Of a DNA stretch of 16,601 nucleotides, positions 15,101-16,601 are shown one piece after another. Source of the stretch: Bacteriovoracaceae bacterium (GTDB lineage Bacteria > Bdellovibrionota > Bacteriovoracia > Bacteriovoracales > Bacteriovoracaceae); assembly GCA_049599895.1 (NCBI GenBank), contig JBMYPC010000065.1, positions 1 through 16,601 on the forward strand, written 5' to 3'. Both the position numbers and the translations under genes were made by a program. The notes below the pieces were generated by a model. It ran no database searches. It had not been told where the DNA came from and saw only the letters and a list, made by a program, of their open reading frames with translations. Position 1 is the first letter of the stretch. Each line of letters starts with the position of its first letter.

Positions 15101-16601
15101 CCTCTTTTTCTGTTCCACCTTTATGATAATAAAGTTTTCCCATGTTAACGCCATCATCAACAGCTCCTGGAAGGTCTTCACGAATAGTGTCGGGATCACG
15201 ACTTGATCTTGATTGATCAGAAGCTCTTTGCTCATGGCCTCTTGTAAGGTTACAGCCTAATTCAAATCGATCAACTAATAAGTCACCGCCAAGGTCATAA
15301 ACCGATGTTTCCGGAGTCCAAGGAGGGCTTAAGGAGCGACCACCGATTCCGCTATAAGGACATGAATAGTATTGGTCTTTAAGGATGTCTTTTCCAAGCT
15401 CCTGACAAATCATACGATTGACCATCATTCGGCTTACAAAGGACATATTGGCCGGAGGCAGAACAACACGAATTTCATTTTCATCACGAGACGTATTTTG
15501 AAAAGAGACAGGCCTGCCATTAAAGACAGGAACAACTCGGTACCAATAAACTCTTGCTTGATCAATGGCCCCATTTTCACTGAAAAAACTTTGAACTGAA
15601 TAATCTGTAAAGGTCACGCGGTTTTCAGAAACATCAAGCCGACCATTGCTTAAATAATAATTTCTTGGGACTTTTTCGGGGAGGATGAGTCCGCCATTTC
15701 CTGGGTCTCCATCAGAATCCCCTTGTTGATACTTAAAATCAGGACTTGTAAGCTCTTTCCAAGTGGAGCGATTATCATCAGATCGATAGATTTTGTATCC
15801 AGTCGTTCTTTCGTGCTTGTCTTGTGTATAGGGATCTGTAAGACCAAGGTCTGAAGCACGCTCAAGAAGACTTTTTCCATAGTTTTTTGCCGTTCCTGTG
15901 GCAAGAGGGTCATCTTTAAGAATTTTAAGGTCGTCTATAAACTTTACTTCTTTAAATTGAATTTGGATAATTCCAGTGTTTGACCAGCGATGATAATTAG
16001 AATTTATTAAAGTTCCATCTCTTTTTATATACGATCCATAAACCCCATTGAATTTCTCTGTTCCGTCATCATCAACCTCTGTTCTTAAGAGCTTTGCGGG
16101 ATGTGCTGTTGGTGGAACTGGAGTAGATTCATCGTCGTCATAATCAACTTCCATCGGCTGGCCATGCTCATTTAAATATTCAGGAATTCTTCTTGTGATA
16201 AAAGCGCCATTGGGATATTCGCCTAAACCTTGAATGAACTTTTGTGGTTCACGTCCATCAACTTTAGGCCCTATCGCAACAATGTTGGTCCATTCGTTAA
16301 ACTCTGCTTTGAGTTCTGGAACAACACATTCTCTAATCGCTGTATTCGCTTCACTGTAGATGTCTTTTCCTAAAATAGCATCGTAATAATAAGAGAGAAC
16401 TCCAAAAAGAAATCTTTTTCCTGGAGTAAATTTGATGGTTGCGGGAAATGTCTTAAGTCCTGGAGTCGTCGGATCAGTTAAGCTGGTGTCACCCATAGTG
16501 AGTGCTGTCATATCGGGAGCAATTCCTCCAATCTCACCGTAATATGTGTTTCCATCAAGAGCATTTTTCCAATTGAAGTATGATTTAAGTTCAAGGTCTT
16601 C
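12102..16601 (-). CDS. Large (>1499 aa, 5' end outside the window) extracellular-type protein with an FN3-like region and an expanded FGE-sulfatase/C-type-lectin-fold C-terminal domain
   Basis: The frame is open from the window edge (EDLELKSYFNWKN..). FN3-like: GYKIYRSDD, FTDYSV, YWYRVVPV. FGE-like motifs in order: LLVDRFE, PPIDGLSQKQFHKLC, KRLPRRKEFVAFAAWP, SRFGIQDAIGNYEE, NGGNF..GRY..GRC. Confidence 0.87.
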   Translation of the reverse strand, partial: EDLELKSYFNWKNALDGNTYYGEIGGIAPDMTALTMGDTSLTDPTTPGLKTFPATIKFTPGKRFLFGVLSYYYDAILGKDIYSEANTAIRECVVPELKAEFNEWTNIVAIGPKVDGREPQKFIQGLGEYPNGAFITRRIPEYLNEHGQPMEVDYDDDESTPVPPTAHPAKLLRTEVDDDGTEKFNGVYGSYIKRDGTLINSNYHRWSNTGIIQIQFKEVKFIDDLKILKDDPLATGTAKNYGKSLLERASDLGLTDPYTQDKHERTTGYKIYRSDDNRSTWKELTSPDFKYQQGDSDGDPGNGGLILPEKVPRNYYLSNGRLDVSENRVTFTDYSVQSFFSENGAIDQARVYWYRVVPVFNGRPVSFQNTSRDENEIRVVLPPANMSFVSRMMVNRMICQELGKDILKDQYYSCPYSGIGGRSLSPPWTPETSVYDLGGDLLVDRFELGCNLTRGHEQRASDQSRSSRDPDTIREDLPGAVDDGVNMGKLYYHKGGTEKEEESDIQVGCFSPEQAQGAGTVTDDEEGVFLHNQVRPGDCYSSAERTDHETMSIAAYRAADCDNRAKNNDSKHTHHRHEYFFPGLFQEKSPVNTTASNPYCYRAYTQSTFNRFPSADWSYGTHELHNVNSDSGNHNKPFQVANTYDNSGDNNFHDDDNYPPGAAQSEFGAVFYMRYMHNRTSNPTYATGNNRTMLLNRFFSSTDPSRFSNLAGNAYDTNGDNRGDDETRALFLKSSKNTPTSCFINLSGIRSTVFDSNKGDGTVDYAGSIENPSHAEIKNMEGTHRPRWIGLTQVLDSDWTISKDKRHETSITPTDIVVKDLGSDFLYKKTVLDVLQSEDLYGGLWDAPDLRTESGSTPNRKIASMELDTDLEKTDTGRLHPDMPLTRVMTSNNSKLPPIDGLSQKQFHKLCQTYNINVGFRNDTESFVAIDVKARNQGVGIKKRLPRRKEFVAFAAWPETFDKAKILSVEGASDDEDGACNNDTRWTGGLAPSLFRTIGAELLGNFPRAETSGNDHPLWSGSGLDDSDSPNVYTTHNCKSRFGIQDAIGNYEEVGTDNFWCNPQSVQWRLGRGVIDGDSFFNALDTWPGGDFPPYAITNAKTGLELKLAPELGAFPGDCSVTSYSAQRSADIFQPFPTPSSAFESIYGDFFRTNYDFDGTASSAAVIQRAKLLTKPQTGATTYTQDDFYDQESVLMLRDTSNGRFLEFGNNSQVIPPLISNMDDPTKKEHSLALFEETINGEHFNPHDKSTYFSPTLGLPLACNGSACDATSGDHKLITTDDLRKNLIDKTIGGADDSKGKCEDPDGDPMTEDALATSDCAYFTGRSLIKSFGVDDYEDGYTSANYGANNPNYDMTEFFARGNILAYIEDVEDQSAGDDYVADYNLAASGCSTDAANLDNYCDHADGSGETRKQGNFIIRRITSLGQFMHANGAYGDLQLRTRRPVNKSNSQTGYFFNGGNFSDEYTGRYSLNLSMQSLIEKEFTLSGRCSVMVYGEDF

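Noticed and set aside
5091..15913. About 30 short alternative-frame or antisense ORFs inside the two giant genes
   Set aside because: They are wholly nested in long, motif-bearing ORFs and show no recognisable motifs; these are shadow ORFs.

Overview
This is an AT-rich bacterial window with two parts. The left part (1 to ~4.9 kb) is an accessory, tRNA-anchored integration hotspot. It holds four intact-looking two-gene toxin-antitoxin (TA)-like modules, all on the + strand: MazE/MazF; RelE/HigB-like + XRE; unknown toxin-like + XRE; DUF6516/TumE-like + HVO_A0114-like. Each has a sigma70-like promoter overlapped by a palindromic operator. Between them lies gene debris: an IS481-like right end, a truncated GNAT, a truncated fifth HTH gene and a kinase-like C-terminus. 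On the - strand are three different tRNA-Arg(TCG) alleles: an orphan 5' half (4826-4864), a complete gene (4621-4697) and an orphan 3' half with its own terminator (1817-1861). All share GGTTCGAAG at the anticodon loop, and the two halves cannot pair with each other. A ~50-bp TGTCA-containing element occurs three times. No integrase is visible. The right part (5.06-16.6 kb) has two translationally coupled giant - strand genes: a ~2347-aa lipoprotein with repeated Cys-containing Ig-like domains, and a >1499-aa protein with FN3-like and FGE-sulfatase/C-type-lectin-fold motifs that runs off the window. The style suggests a Bdellovibrionota/Bacteriovoracaceae-like host (inference only). All family calls are by motif recognition, not database search.
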